A stretch of 64,000 nt of DNA, taken from Azolla caroliniana. Lineage: Eukaryota; Plantae; Polypodiophyta. The DNA is taken from contig JBHGNT010000020.1 in NCBI GenBank assembly GCA_043228905.1, forward strand, positions 5,146,001-5,210,000, in the 5' to 3' direction. The notes beneath the pieces were generated by a model. The model was not told the DNA's origin, searched no databases, and was given only the letters and a program-made list of their open reading frames with translations. How positions within the stretch are numbered: the stretch's first letter is position 1; every line of letters begins with the position of its first letter. Both the position numbers and the translations under genes were made by a program. Positions 50,368-63,170 of the stretch are shown piece by piece.

Positions 50368-53300
50368 ATATCATGGGTCATGGAGGAAGCCTCATTTAAT
50401 GATACAATCGGAGAAATAGAGAGTATCATGGACTTGAGCCCTCATGAGCAACATATGATTCAAGTCAACTCCATCAACATGTATACCGCCATCGACGAAT
50501 GCCGACGAGGGGTCATGGAGGAGTTGGTCAAAGTAAACACAAAATATAAATCAGTAGATAAGAAGGTCAAGCCGGTAACTATTCCGTTACTAGAGTATAG
50601 TTGGCAAAGGATGAAAGAAGTTACCAAGGATCCAAGTCTCAGAGACCCAAAAGGGATAGGCCATACCTTCTCCGATGAATCAAGAGGGAAACTCCAAGTC
50701 AGGAAGGATGACTTCCTTCTCCCCGAAGAAGAAGAAAGGTTTAGGATGATGCGTGAGAGACATGGGAAAGCCTTCGCCTTCTCTCCACAAGAAATCGGAT
50801 GTGCCGACCCAAAGATGATAGAGCCGATGGTGATATTTACGGTGTCGCATGTACCTTGGAACCTCAAGCCGATACCGGTTCCAAGAGCTCACATTCCGAA
50901 TTTGATTGAGCTTCTAAAGGAGAAGGTTAGGATGGGAATTCTTGAGCCGTCCAATGCTCCCTACTCCAATAGATGGTTTACGGTGCCGAAGAAGAATGGG
51001 TCCTTACGCTTTATTCAAGATCTCCAACCCATCAACAAGGTGACGATCCGAAATGCTAGAATTGGTCCAAGCGTGAATGAATTTGCCGAAGCCTTCGCGG
51101 GAAGATCGATCTATTCCAATGGTGATCTGTACTAGGCCTATGATCAATTTCAATTGTCAGTCAATAGTAGAGACATTACAACAATGAGGACACCGATTGG
51201 GTTGGTAAGGATGTGCACCTTACCCCAAGGTGCGACAAACTCCATAGACCACATGATGAATGCCATGAACAAAGTGTTAAAGGATTGTATTCCTGATATC
51301 ACAATGCCCTTCTTAGATGACATTCCGATCAAAGGATGCTTGGTGGAAGAAAAAGATGAATCAAAAGATGAAGATGGTTGCCGAAAATTCATCATTGATC
51401 ATATAAATGATAGTGAGAAGGTGTTGCAAAAGCTTGAGGATGCAAATCTCATGTTTTCGGGAGAGAAGTCCGCATTCGGTCAACCATAAATATTGGTAGT
51501 AGGACACTTGTGTGGATCTTATGGCCGGAAGCCATCTCCATCCAAGGTGAATGCTATCCAAGAGATGAAAGAGGAGTGTGAGTTCCAAACAAAGGTGAGA
51601 AGATTCATGGGCATGTGCATTCTACCACATAGGGATTCCACACTATGCCCATGTCGTTGAACCATTGTATGAACTACTAAAGAAAAGGCGGAAGTTTGAA
51701 TGGGAAGACGAGCATACCTATGCGGTTCAAAAGTTGAAGAAACTATTATTGGAAGCTCCAGCATTGCGCAAAGCTGACTACACCTAAGGTACCCCGATAT
51801 ATGTGACAGTGGATATGAGCCCAACCGGAATTGGATGGGTGATTAACCAAGAAGACAAAGACAAAAATCGGTATGCAATCTGATTCGGTGCAAAGGTGAT
51901 GACCAAAAGACAAAGAAAATACGCCCAAGTAAAGAGAGAGCTATGGGGGATAGTATCCGCGGTTAAAACCGATCGCGACTACCTTATCGGAACGGAAGTC
52001 ATAATCGAAATCGATTATCTACCTATTCTTGGGATGATATCCGGTTGTACTACACCGGATATTGCTATGCTACGATGGATTGCCTATATCAAGTCGCTCA
52101 ACCCCGAGATTTGACATATAACTAGGAAGCATAATGTGGTGGCTGATATGTTGTCAAGGGCAAGGTACGAGGGTGAAGAAGATCCACGCTCCGATGAAGA
52201 TGATGTTGGCCTAAACTTCTTTATGGTTTCTTGTGCTCGGGTGCTAGCGGTGTTTAAAGTAGAAGATTATGAGGGTGAATTCATCGAAATTGGAGAGTAC
52301 TTAAGCTCTCTTAAAAAGGATGTATCATGGTCAAAGGAAGACTTATACCGAATTAGGAAGAAGGCCGACAAGTTCTTCCTCAAAGAAGGACATCTATGGA
52401 AGTTTCCAAAGAGGAAGAATGGAACTCCACTTCGAGTGGTGTGCAAGAAACAAGATCAACAAACACTAATTGCTGAATTTCATGATAGTGTGTGGGCGGG
52501 TCATCGAGATATATGGGCAACTTTTGCAAAGCTCAAGGAGAAGAATTGGTGGCCGGGTGTTTACAAAGATGTAGCAAGCTATGTTGAAACATGTGCACAA
52601 TAGCAATTATACTCGAATATTCAACATAGGGATGAACTTCATCTGACATATCCATTATCAATGCACTATAAGTGGTTGGTAGATGATGAAGAGAGAGAGA
52701 AAAAAGATAGAGAAGAGAAGAGGAAGAAAAAAGATAGAGAAGAGAAGAGGAAGAAAAAAGAATACTTCAATATACTATTAAGAAAAGAATACAATCCTCT
52801 TAGACACCAAGAGGAACAACCCCAAATAACTACTTCAATATACTATTACTAAAATAGTCTTTTTGCCTTCTCTCTTTCTTCTACTAATCGTCTTCCCACT
52901 TCTTCTAATCTTCTTCTTCTTCCTCACTTCTTCTTGTAGATATTCTATCCTTCCTTATAGATATTCTATTCTTCCTCCATCCCCCATATTGCTAAGAATA
53001 CCGCATATTTATAGGTTTTTAGTTGCGTTATTCTTGCTTTTTTCTTTTCTTTTCTTTTATATATCCTCGAGTTTGTGTGGTGCGTTTTTCATATCATTAT
53101 TTCTGGTTTTTCATCCAAATTTGTTATACAAGAAAGCTCTCTTTGTCATCTTTCTTACAAATATTTTCTTTTGAAATTTGGATAAGAGATGAAGAAGTTA
53201 TGAGCTTTTTTCTCTACCTTGCTTTTTCTGCTTAATTTCCTACGTTTTTCTTCTTTTTCTTCTTTTCTTCTTTTTCTACTTTTGAAAAACGCCTCTAACT

Positions 53301-54350
53301 TTATTTCTCTTCAATTTCATTTATCTTTTAATTCTTGGACGTTTCATATTGTGCTTTATTCTTCTATACCTTCGCATCCAATGTATTTGTCACGGTCTTT
53401 TCCTATCAACAAAAATCGACTTCACAATAGACATAGTGGTTATGCCAATGGGATTGTGGAAAATGAGATACCTCATGTAGCAAGAGAGGATCTCACCAAC
53501 CAAGTAGAAGGTCAGGCACTAAGGAATAAAACAACTTTGGTGATTTTGCAAGTTTCTCCTTGAAGATGTTATTTGTCGATACGGATGTGTCGGCAAAATA
53601 GTAGCTGATAGAGGAGAATTAGATGCAAATGAAGCTAAAGAGTTTTTCTCAAGGATAGGCGTCAAATTATCACTTATCATGGCATACAACCCGGAGGCAA
53701 ATGGAAAGGTGGAGCGGGGACATAGCCCGATTGTAAAAGCTCTAGCAAAGGCTTGCAATAGGAAGATGTGGGACTGGCCACGATTATTGGATATATGCCG
53801 TCCGAGCTCATATTAGGACAAAAACCAATAATGCTTATCAAGAAAAGTGTTACCTCATGGACGGCTTTGCCATGGCAAGAGGAGATGAGTCGAGAAGACT
53901 TGCTAGTTACAAGGATCCAACAATTAGAACGGAGACCCAAAGATGTCGAGTTACCAATAGAACGGTTACGTGAGGCTCGATTGAGGAAAAAGGAGAATTT
54001 TGATAAAAAGCATCGTCTTCGTCTAAGAAAAATTGAAGAAGGAGATTGGGTACTTGTCTATGATAGTAGCCTTGATAATCAGCATAGCACTACTCGAAAG
54101 TTCGTGAAACGATGGTTTGGCCCATTGGTGGTTAAGGAAATAGAAAACAATGCAACCTATTTTCTAGCAGAGTTAGATGGAACTTGACTTGCTTTGCCAA
54201 TTGTAGGGAAGAGAATCAAGATCTTTAAGAGAGGAGAAACCACAAATCCTCAAATCGAACCTCTAGACTTCGAGGTTTCAAAAGAATAAGCAATAGCAGC
54301 TAACAATCATTGGCACATACTGGAGGATGTGCATGTTTGATGGGGGTGGA
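50368..54350 (+). pseudogene. pol: Gypsy-B pol (RT, RNase H, integrase), 5'-truncated, ending in PPT GATGGGGGTGGA
   Basis: YSNRWFTVPKKNGSLRFIQDLQPIN; LPQGATNS; PFLDDIPIKG; KYAQVKRELWG; VADMLSR; AREDLTNQVEG; ADRGEL; YNPEANGKVERGH; RWFGP. Confidence 0.93.
52684..53426 (-). mobile_element. 743-bp LTR-like insertion in the integrase, near-TSD GTAGA/ATAGA
   Basis: Interrupts KWLVD|IVVMPMG; TG..CA ends; shares inverted blocks with 54428-54845 (GTTAGAGGCG, CCTATAAATA). Confidence 0.7.
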
Positions 54351-56901
54351 TGTTATGATGTTTTCTAACACATAGTGTGAAACCACCCTTGAAAAGAAGT
54401 AAAATAGTAGTTCAAATAAACTAGTATTGTGAAGTCAACTTTATTGGTAGCAAAAATACTTTTTCATTTGCCAAAGATAATTCCTTATAAATAAATGGTC
54501 AAAGGATTGAACCGTACAATAAATAATGATGAATATTAAGTTAGAGGCGGTTTTCAAAAGTAGACAAAAGTAGAGAAAAATATGGAGAGAGAAAAAAACA
54601 CGCGTGCATATGAGGAGCACAATAGAGAAAAATGCTCATAATTTCCTCGTAAAATGTCCAAATTAGAAAAGAAAATATACATAAGAATGCTAACCCAAAG
54701 AGCTTTCCAAGATTATCTTGCATGTGAAATTTGGGGCTAGAAAACAGAAATAATGAGGAAAAGAAAGCTCCACTCATATAGACAAGCTTTTTTTTAGGGG
54801 AAAAGGCAAGCAATCCTAAACCTATAAATAAGAGCCTATTCTAGTGAAGAAGGGGGGGAGGGAGAAGGAATGCGGAAGCTCTACTCAATTGGAAGGCAAA
54901 AGAAGAAGGATCAACAACATCGAGAGGCATCATCAACAAAGAATCACCTTCTTCTATATTCCACTCTCTTCTTTCCTCCACCTCTCTTCCCCCTTACTTT
55001 ATAAATTATCTCTCATATTAATATCAAACCCGTTGTAAATTTGATTCTTATTTTATAAAAGAATCTATTATATTGTAATAAACTAATGTTTGGTTTTACC
55101 TACGTGTCTTATATGTTATCGTCATTTGTGCTTATTTGTTTGTGTATCTTGTGACAAGGGAGCGTTTCGGGCTTGCCCATGCACCTCTCCTTTCACAAAG
55201 GCATTCAAACTTACGTATCTTTTATATGTTATTGTCATTTGTGCTTATTTGTTTGTGTGTCTTGTGACAAGGGAGCGTTTCGGGCTTGCCCATGCACCTC
55301 TCCTTTCACAAAGGCATTCAAACTTATGTATCTTATATGTTCTTGTCATTTGTGCTTATTTGTTTGTGTGTCTTGTGACAAGGGAGCGTTTCGAGCTTGC
55401 CAATGCACCTCTCCTTTCACAAAGGCATTCAAACTTACGTTGTCGTGTATTTCGTACACTACGTGAAAAACGTTTAAAGTACCCGATTTAATAAATATGA
55501 AGAAAACAAAGAAAATATGAGAATACATGTTACATGCATAAGACAAGATTCGAACCTTGTACCTCCATGTTAATAATATAAAGCCTTACCATTACATTAA
55601 CATATCATAAGTGTTAGAAAAACAGATATCCCACATAGAAACATTTTTTCCACACATATTTTCTAGGAAAAAGCTTTAGTTAGAAGAAAAACGCGTGATA
55701 GAAAAAAGCTACACATGCACATCTAGCGTGCATGAACACTATAGTCGATAAAAACGCATGAGGTTAGAAAAAGCATAATCACTTTTAGAAGAAGCATATT
55801 AGAGAAAGCATATAGTCTATAGTTAGAGAAAAAACATGGATTGCTAAAACTCTCTCATCACTATATAAGGATGGGGAGCACAATGTAATAAGTGTGGGAA
55901 AACTTTGGAAATTGGATATATTTCTAAAAACACCAATTAATAAATTATATTTGTGGGATTCACGAAGTAAACTATACTCGTGGGATTCACAAGGTTTCTA
56001 TATCTTTCTCTTTCAATCCAAATTCATATTCTTATCTTTATATTGATTAATCTAATAAAATACATTATACTCGTGGGATTCATGAGGTTTCTATTTCTCT
56101 TTCTTAAATTCTATTCATAACTATACTCGTCTGAAATTCTTCCTCCTCTTAGTCCAAAACCCCAACGGTTCCCACCCGACTCATGCAACAATCCGGCGCC
56201 AAAAGGCACGACAACGTATCTTATATGTTATTATCATTTGTGCTTATCTGTTTGTGTGTCTTGTGACAAGGGAGCGTTTCGGGCTTGCCCATGCACCTCT
56301 CCTTTCACAAAGGCATTCAAACTTACATGTCTTGCGTGTTAGTGTAAATCTTGCTTGTGTGTTCGTGTGACTTGTGCCAAGGGAGCGTTCGGGTTTGCCC
56401 ATGCACCTCTCCTTTCATAAAGGCGTTTGAAATCGTGTCTTGCGTGTTAGTGTAAATCTTGCTTGTGTGTTCGTGCGACTTGTGGCAAGGGAGCGTTCGG
56501 GCCTGCCCATGCACTTCTCCTTTCATAAAGGCGTTTGAAATTGTGTCTCCCGTGTGTAAACCTTGCTTGTGTGTTTGTGTGTCTTGTAACAAGGGAGCGT
56601 TCGGGCTTGCCCATGCACCTCTCTTTTCACAAAGGCATTCGAAACTCTGTCTCTCGTGTGTGTAAGCCTTTTCCTCGTGTGTCCGTGTGTAAGCCTTCCT
56701 CACGTGCATTAGTTCGCTTTGTGACTAGGGGTTGATTCAGGCTTGCCCATGCACGTCTCCTTTTCACAAACACGTTCAAATAATCGTGCCTTGTTTGTGT
56801 AAGCCTTCCTTGTGTTGTGCATGTGAGCCCTATTTCCTTCCCATCCATAACCCTGGCGATTCCGACTCACAATCCGCACATAGTGACGGATTTTCACGAC
56901 A
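54351..56901 (+). repeat. Gypsy-B 3' LTR containing a ~110-bp tandem array (about 8 units; 55098-55440 and 56214-56780)
   Basis: Starts TGTTATG after the PPT, ends CACGACA; TATA CCTATAAATA near 54821; unit core CAAGGGAGCGTT(T)CGGGCTTGCCCATGCACCTCTCCTTTCA. Confidence 0.75.
55441..56213 (+). mobile_element. Solo LTR with perfect TGTCGTG..CACGACA ends and a 4-bp TSD (ACGT)
   Basis: Neighbouring repeat unit AAACTTACGTATCTT gives the empty site; ACGT at 55437-55440 and 56214-56217. Confidence 0.85.
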
Positions 56902-59900
56902 CCGTGAAGCCGATCTTGTGTTATGGGTTGGGCCTACATGAAGGGTCGACACTTCGGAAAAAGATGCTCTTTGGACCTCAATAGGACTTTTGGCCGTCTT
57001 ATGCATAGCTGACTCATTGAACACTACGTTCAAACTTCAAACGATTTGTCTATGCTCAGGATCCTAGAGTCGGTATCCGATTTCGCCATCTGGTCCATAA
57101 CCTAGGAAAATAGATTTCCTGGACCTTGGTGCAAGTTTGCGGAGATCATCTTTTGGTATGAGGGCGTATGCCTCACACCCAAAGATCCTCAGGTTGTCGT
57201 AATTCGGTTTACTACCAGCCCATAATTCCTTAGGTATCTTAAGTCCTAGAGTCCTACTCGACGACATATTGATATTGTGTACTGTTACGGGCATGACCAT
57301 TTAATATCCCGTGGTGAGAATTTACTGTAGTATTCTATACACGTGGATAAGTGTGAGGGTTAAACGAGAGTGTAAAGAAGGGGAGGATTGCTTTTAATCC
57401 TCGGGATTGAGACAACCCATTAGGTCAAGTGTGAACTTGCCTGGGGGCCTTGGGTATCGCTATAAATAAGAGGCCTAGCTACCCTCATTTCAGGATCTTT
57501 TGACTACATCGAGACTCTGCTCTTGTGGTGGGTCAACTCTTGTAGCGAGCGCGCTAGCACTAGGTACGACTCGACGCCACGACGGTGGTATGGGACACCG
57601 ATCGAGGCTCGAGTCCGTCTCGATCCCTTCGCTCGGGGGTGGTCAGGTGGATCGACACCCTTCTTTCTCTTTCTGCTTTCTATCTATCATTTGTTTATCC
57701 TTATCTTAAGCTTACTTTAGTACCTAGATCTCTAATATTTGGTATCAAATTTATGTACTAATGTTTCTTTGTTTTTCATTTGTCTTTTGATTGATGTTGA
57801 TCGATCGATGTGCGGTCGGCCTTGATCCAGACAACGATCAACAAAGAACTTCGGTAACTCTTTCCATAATTTTTTTTCTATTCTCTCTTCTCCCATCTAA
57901 TCATGTGTTTAGTTTATATGTCATTTTTTTTCATTAAGTCAATGATGTTGTAGTGGTCTTTAATTGATTATCTAAAACGTTTACATATGTGCACGAGGTC
58001 AATACCTCGTTTGACATATTAATAATATGTGATGAGTGTCGTATGCGTACGAGGTTAATACCTTAATTACGTATTACGTTCACGAACATATGTTACGTTT
58101 GCGTATGAGTTTAATACCTTGATTTGTTGTAAACGATATGCGGTTGGTCTTGTATGCGTAAGAGGTCAATACCTCAATTGCGTATTACGATGATCTCTTA
58201 TTTGTGGATGTTTCGTGTGCGTAGAGGTATATACCTCGATTACGTATCTCGATCACATCATTTGTGGCTATTTAATATAACGATATGTTAATATAGGCAT
58301 ATGTGGTCACGTATATACGTATTTGATCTTATATATGTGATAAGTAAACATATGTGTATATTCGTTATTACGTGATTATATCGAAAGTTGTCCTTGTCGG
58401 GAAAAGGATGTTGGTGGCCGTCCTCACATTTTTGTGAGAATGGCGTTGTCACCATCCCTTTTTCAACAATTTTTTATTGTTGACAACCCCATTGATGACC
58501 TCGATTTCGTTACGTAAAGAAATGCCTATAGCCATAATGATGTTGAGTACGTAGGGTTTGATCCACTTCAAGTGAGGTCGCTCCAATGACACACGTATCC
58601 AACATCCGTCCAAAAGCCATCTGACAGTCCGGAGTGTTGGAGCATGGAAACTATCCTTTCTTGAATTGTCTGATTCATCCTCTCGGAAACTCCGTTCTGC
58701 TCTAGACTATAGGGTGCCGTATATTCACGTCGAATGTCGCGTTGTCGGAAAAAATTGATGAATTCTTTAGATTTGAACTCTCCTCCATTATCGGTCCGAA
58801 GACATTTGAGTTTTCGATCAGACTGATTTTCGACCATAGCGAGCCAATCGGAGAAAATCGAGAATACTCGATCTTTGGTCTTTATCAGATATGCCCACAC
58901 CTTTCGAGTTGAATCTTCAATAAAGCTAATGAAATACAAGGCACCGTCGAGAGACTGATGCGGCATAGGGCCACAGACATCCAAGTGGACCAAATCGAGT
59001 GGACTCGATTCTCTTGGTGCTGATGTCAGGTGTGATGCGACTATCTGTTTGCCGTACTAGCAATGCTTGCAGAACTGATGATTAGAAAAGGAGACTTTAG
59101 GGATGTATCTGGCTCTGGATAAATGCGTGATGTCAGCCTTGCTAGGGTGTCTGAGTCATCTGTGCCATAGTGATGAGACGAGAATGTCAACCAGGAACAT
59201 GCCACTCTCTCTGAGTGTGACATACTTTTGGTCCTTGAGCAAGTAGGAGGTTCCCCCTATGGAGTGTCCTTGATGAGAAACCGGCATGGATGCCATCTTC
59301 GTCCAGTTGTCCAACTGAGATCAAAGGTCTTGACTCTCGAGAGCTTATGTACATGTCAGACATTGTGTAGTACCAATGTAGAGCCACCTGGAAGGTTGAG
59401 CTCTACGGTGCCGATTCTAATTATCGCACAGTGTTGTGTATTTCCGACTCGGACTGAGTCAGAAGATTGGGCTGAGTATTGCCGAAATTGGGATCGATGA
59501 GGGGTCAGGTGATATGAAGCGCTTGAGTCCAAGAGCCAAGTGCTTGACTCTTCAGTCGTAAGTAAAACTTCTGATTCGACTGATTTTTCGATGAACAAGA
59601 TGTTCGGGTTGTTCAACAGTATTTCGGCTGAAGAGCCGACGTAATTGACCTCCTCATGCCGACCACTCTTCTGATCAGCTCGTTGAGCCTTATCGTTTTT
59701 GTCTTTGAGTGCGCAACAATCGGCTTTGATGTGTCTGGGTTTCTTGCAATAATTGCAAACTCGATTATCCTGGGACTTGCTCCGAGTTCGCTGGTTGTGT
59801 GGCTACCATGAAGAACCTCTTCCTTGACTATTTGATCGGTCGATGGAACCTTTTACCACATATGCGGTATTGGCTGAATTGTTTGCAAACGATTTCCTCC

Positions 59901-61317
59901 GAGGTGCTTCAGTAAGAATTGCACTCATGATTGAGGAGTACTTAACAACAATAGTTGACGCTTTGCACACAGTTGTAACGAAAGTTTCTCACGAAGGGAG
60001 GAGGAGTGCCTGAACCGAATCAAATTCTTTAATCCAAAGGTTATAAAGGCGTTAAATCAGATATATCTTCGTGGCGGCTACCTTCTTTTCGTAGGTGTCC
60101 AAGAGTGTCGTCCATAGTTGGAAGGCAGTCGAACACAATTGCACCGTGAAGTACACGGACTCTGATAGGTGTATCCTTCTGAAGCGTTTTCGTTTTCGAT
60201 GGGGTCGATTTGCCCCTTGACTATCAGGTAGTCGAACTTGCATTTGCTCCTTCCAAAAGTTGAAGTTCGATTTGTCGAACTTCCTTAGACTCATCTCTGA
60301 TGAGCCGGATATTGATGCCATCTGTGTTGGCTTGATAAACTTTGTTCGGAGTCAACCACGAACAATGGTGGAGTGTGGCCGATTGGCTCACTCAATGTCG
60401 TTCTAACCGAAATTGGACACAAGTTGAATTGGTTTCGACTTTTGATGAATTCTGTCTGGAGTGACTACAGTCAATCGACTTAGTCGAATTGAACCCGAGT
60501 TTGCCGATTCGATTTTGAATGTCGATTTTCGAACATAAAGTATGTGTTGATTATCCAGGGTGATCCTGCTTCAGGTGACTGCAACAATGAGAGGAACAGA
60601 TTCAACTAACCTTTCCGAATGTTGTCTAGCTGAATGAAGCACGGAAGGGGGTTGTTCCTGGAGCCCATACTACTACGAGTGATTACGACGAGCGAGTAAA
60701 TATCGTCGATTGACCTATTCGATTGTCGTCTAATCTAATGTAGCACAATTGAGGCAGAGCTTGTGAAGCGAAATCTCACTCCGAGCGGCTACAATCACAG
60801 GAGTGAAGTGCAGCCGATTGACTCACTTCAATGCTGATTTAAAACAATGGAGTGTAGATTTTGCCGGTGTTTCTCTTTGCGAAAACGATCTTGTAGCGAG
60901 TTGTCAATCGAAATCTTCAAGGTGTACCGGGAAGAGTTGCTAATGGAGACAAAGTAGACGGCGGCAACAGAATCGAAAAACACCAAGCTCTGATTCCAGA
61001 TGTTGAGAACATGATCGTCTAGGTGCGGAACAATCTCAACACTCTTCTATGAGGAGATCGTTAATAGATGCAATGAAGAAGATTGATGGCAACTAGAAAC
61101 AGAATCAAGAAGGAAGATCAACAAGAGCACAAGAGAGAGAGACGTTAGGCACAAGATGAACTATATTTGCAACAACCGAAAGCCAGGTTAGAAAGTCAGT
61201 TTATATACTGACCGACATAGGGCAACTGCCCTTCTCACTATTTACATAAATAGCCTAAACCTAGTGAGTACAAAGGGAGACAATGTGAATATGTTCTTTA
61301 GAGACCTGCATTCAATA
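56902..61317 (-). mobile_element. 5' half of a degenerate Copia-C element: LTR 61001 to about 61317, PBS 60987-60998, gag from 60321, PR, INT
   Basis: PBS TGGAATCAGAGC; KFDKSNFNFWKEQM; WLLDSSASYH; VHLDVCGP, TDNGGEF; LRIFGCEAYAL. Confidence 0.9.
57283..58604 (+). mobile_element. Probable solo LTR inserted in the Copia-C integrase
   Basis: TGTTA..CAACA ends, TATA CTATAAATAAGAGG near 57460; separates GFW.. from ..VHNINMS; no TSD found. Confidence 0.6.
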
Positions 61318-62037
61318 TAAAGACAATGTCATTGGCACGTCTTATGGGCCGCATTAGTTGGTGACACAAGATGTGTTTTTACCGTGATGCGTACCATACC
61401 ATACCCTACCTAGATAGATAGATATATAGGTATTTTTTTAACATCTACAAGAGACTGATTTGTGATCTATGAGAGAGGGCTTAGCGCATGGCGAGGATCA
61501 AATTTGTGTTCTCTCAATTTATGACTTTTGATGCTAGATAGGGTTAGGGATTGCCTCTCCTCTAATTTTATGATGTTTATCTAAACCACAACCTAAGACT
61601 TATGCTTCCAAAATTTGTGATACTAACACTTGACTATGCTCATGCACAAAGCATAACAAAAATGATGGTGAATTTCATGTCTATATCTACGGGACCACCA
61701 GGAACTATGTTCTCTATAGTAAACTCACAAGCTTATCCTTCTTATCCTGCATGCAAATTGAGAATTATAGCGTGTCAATGTTTCTTGTGCATGACTAGTT
61801 GATTGAGAATAATTTGAAGTTGTGATTAAACTAACCAATGCAAGTACCATTTGCGTTTGTCTCAAATCAGAATGGAGGGAGATGTCTTATGTTTTTGTTC
61901 TTGTCCTTGACCCTTGAGGCTTTAGAGGGCTTCTAGAATTGGGTGAGAAAAAGAGTGGTTTTGGGGCCAAAGAATGTTGGAAGGACTTCTAAAAAGTAGG
62001 GGAAAAGGGAGGCGAGCGTGTTATCATACACTTGGCC

Positions 62038-62286
62038 CCACCACCACCACCACCACCACCATCACTATGACCATGCATGCATGCATGCATCCATCCATCC
62101 ATCCATCCATCCAATATTTCTTCCTTCCTTCCTTTCTTCCTGAGAAACACTAGCACCCCTCCCCCGTTCACTTCCTCTTCTATTTTGTCCTCCTTATTCT
62201 CTCTCTCTCTCTCTCTCGCCAAGTTATAAACCTGAGTCTCTCTCTCTCTCCCTCTCCCTCTCTCTCTCTCTGAGTTTCTTCACCGT
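62038..62286 (+). promoter_or_regulatory. Proximal promoter/5' UTR of the desaturase: (CCA)n, (CATG)n RY-like run, (CCAT)n, CT tracts, TATA-like TTATAAA (62224-62230)
   Basis: Motifs read directly upstream of ATG 62287. Confidence 0.55.
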
Positions 62287-62438
62287 ATGGCTCTCACATC
62301 TCCCTTTCCTCTCTCTTCATCCAAAGCTATGTTGCTGGGAACTTCAGAGATTGTGCCTTCCAAGCTATGGATCTCGCAATGTTGCCCTGCTCGAGGCCGC
62401 CCATTGGGTCATGTCGTAATGACTGCTACGATGCCCAT
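62287..62438 (+). CDS. SAD: Stearoyl-ACP desaturase exon 1 (plastid transit peptide)
   Basis: MALTSPFPLSSSKAMLLG..VVMTATMP, Ser-rich; donor AT|GTAAGT; 152 nt, in phase with exon 2. Confidence 0.8.
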
Positions 62439-62954
62439 GTAAGTGTATGGTATATACTGAGATGACCTAGATTTCACATCTGCACATCAGGGTTCCGAAC
62501 TAGAAGTCCAAAAGACGTAAGCTGTAGAATTTAGGACATTAGAGAATGTTTTGCGAAATTTTGCTTTTTTAGGGTTTTTCTGTTTTATAGATACATTGCA
62601 AAACCTTGTTTTCTGTAGAGGAGTTTCATGATAGATTTCAAATGAGTTCCCGTTTGTTCCTTCTCTTGGGTTCGAATTCAACGTTTAAAGATATGTTGCA
62701 AAACTCTATTCTTTTGCGTTAAAGTACACTGAAATTTTACTTAGATCTTCTCGAATTCGATGTTTAAATTTAGAATTTGTTAGGACGTATTTGCAATTTT
62801 CTGTTTTCGCATAAAAGATACTGATTTATCACATGGGTCTTACCAAGATGATAAAAGATTTAGGTCTCTTTAAGATGCCAGAACTAACTTTTCAACGTCT
62901 AGATAAATTCAGGGATTTTTAAGATGTCTTGCAAAACTCTATTCTTCACAGAGC

Positions 62955-63124
62955 AGAGTACTCACAGATTTCAAGTGGGTCTTACTATTAGGATTTGTTA
63001 AATTTATGTTTTGTCACAAAGCAAGAGCCCAAATTTCAAGAGTACTCACAGATTTCAAGTGGGTCTTACTATTAGGATTTGTTAAATTTATGTTTTGTTA
63101 CAAAGCAAGAGCCCAAATTTCAAG
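62955..63124 (+). repeat. 84-bp tandem duplication in intron 1
   Basis: AGAGTACTCACAGATTTCAAGTGGG.. starts at 62955 and 63039, with one substitution seen. Confidence 0.9.
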
Positions 63125-63170
63125 GTCTGAAGCTCAGGCTTAGCTAAGCCAAAACGGCGTTCTTTTTCAG

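Noticed and set aside
52863-53563. Hydrophobic Phe/Leu-rich ORFs resembling membrane proteins
   Set aside because: Translation of CT-rich tracts in a non-coding insertion
55090-56848. Cys-rich repeated ORFs (RACPCTSPFTKAF)
   Set aside because: Produced by the ~110-bp tandem array; frame shifts between units
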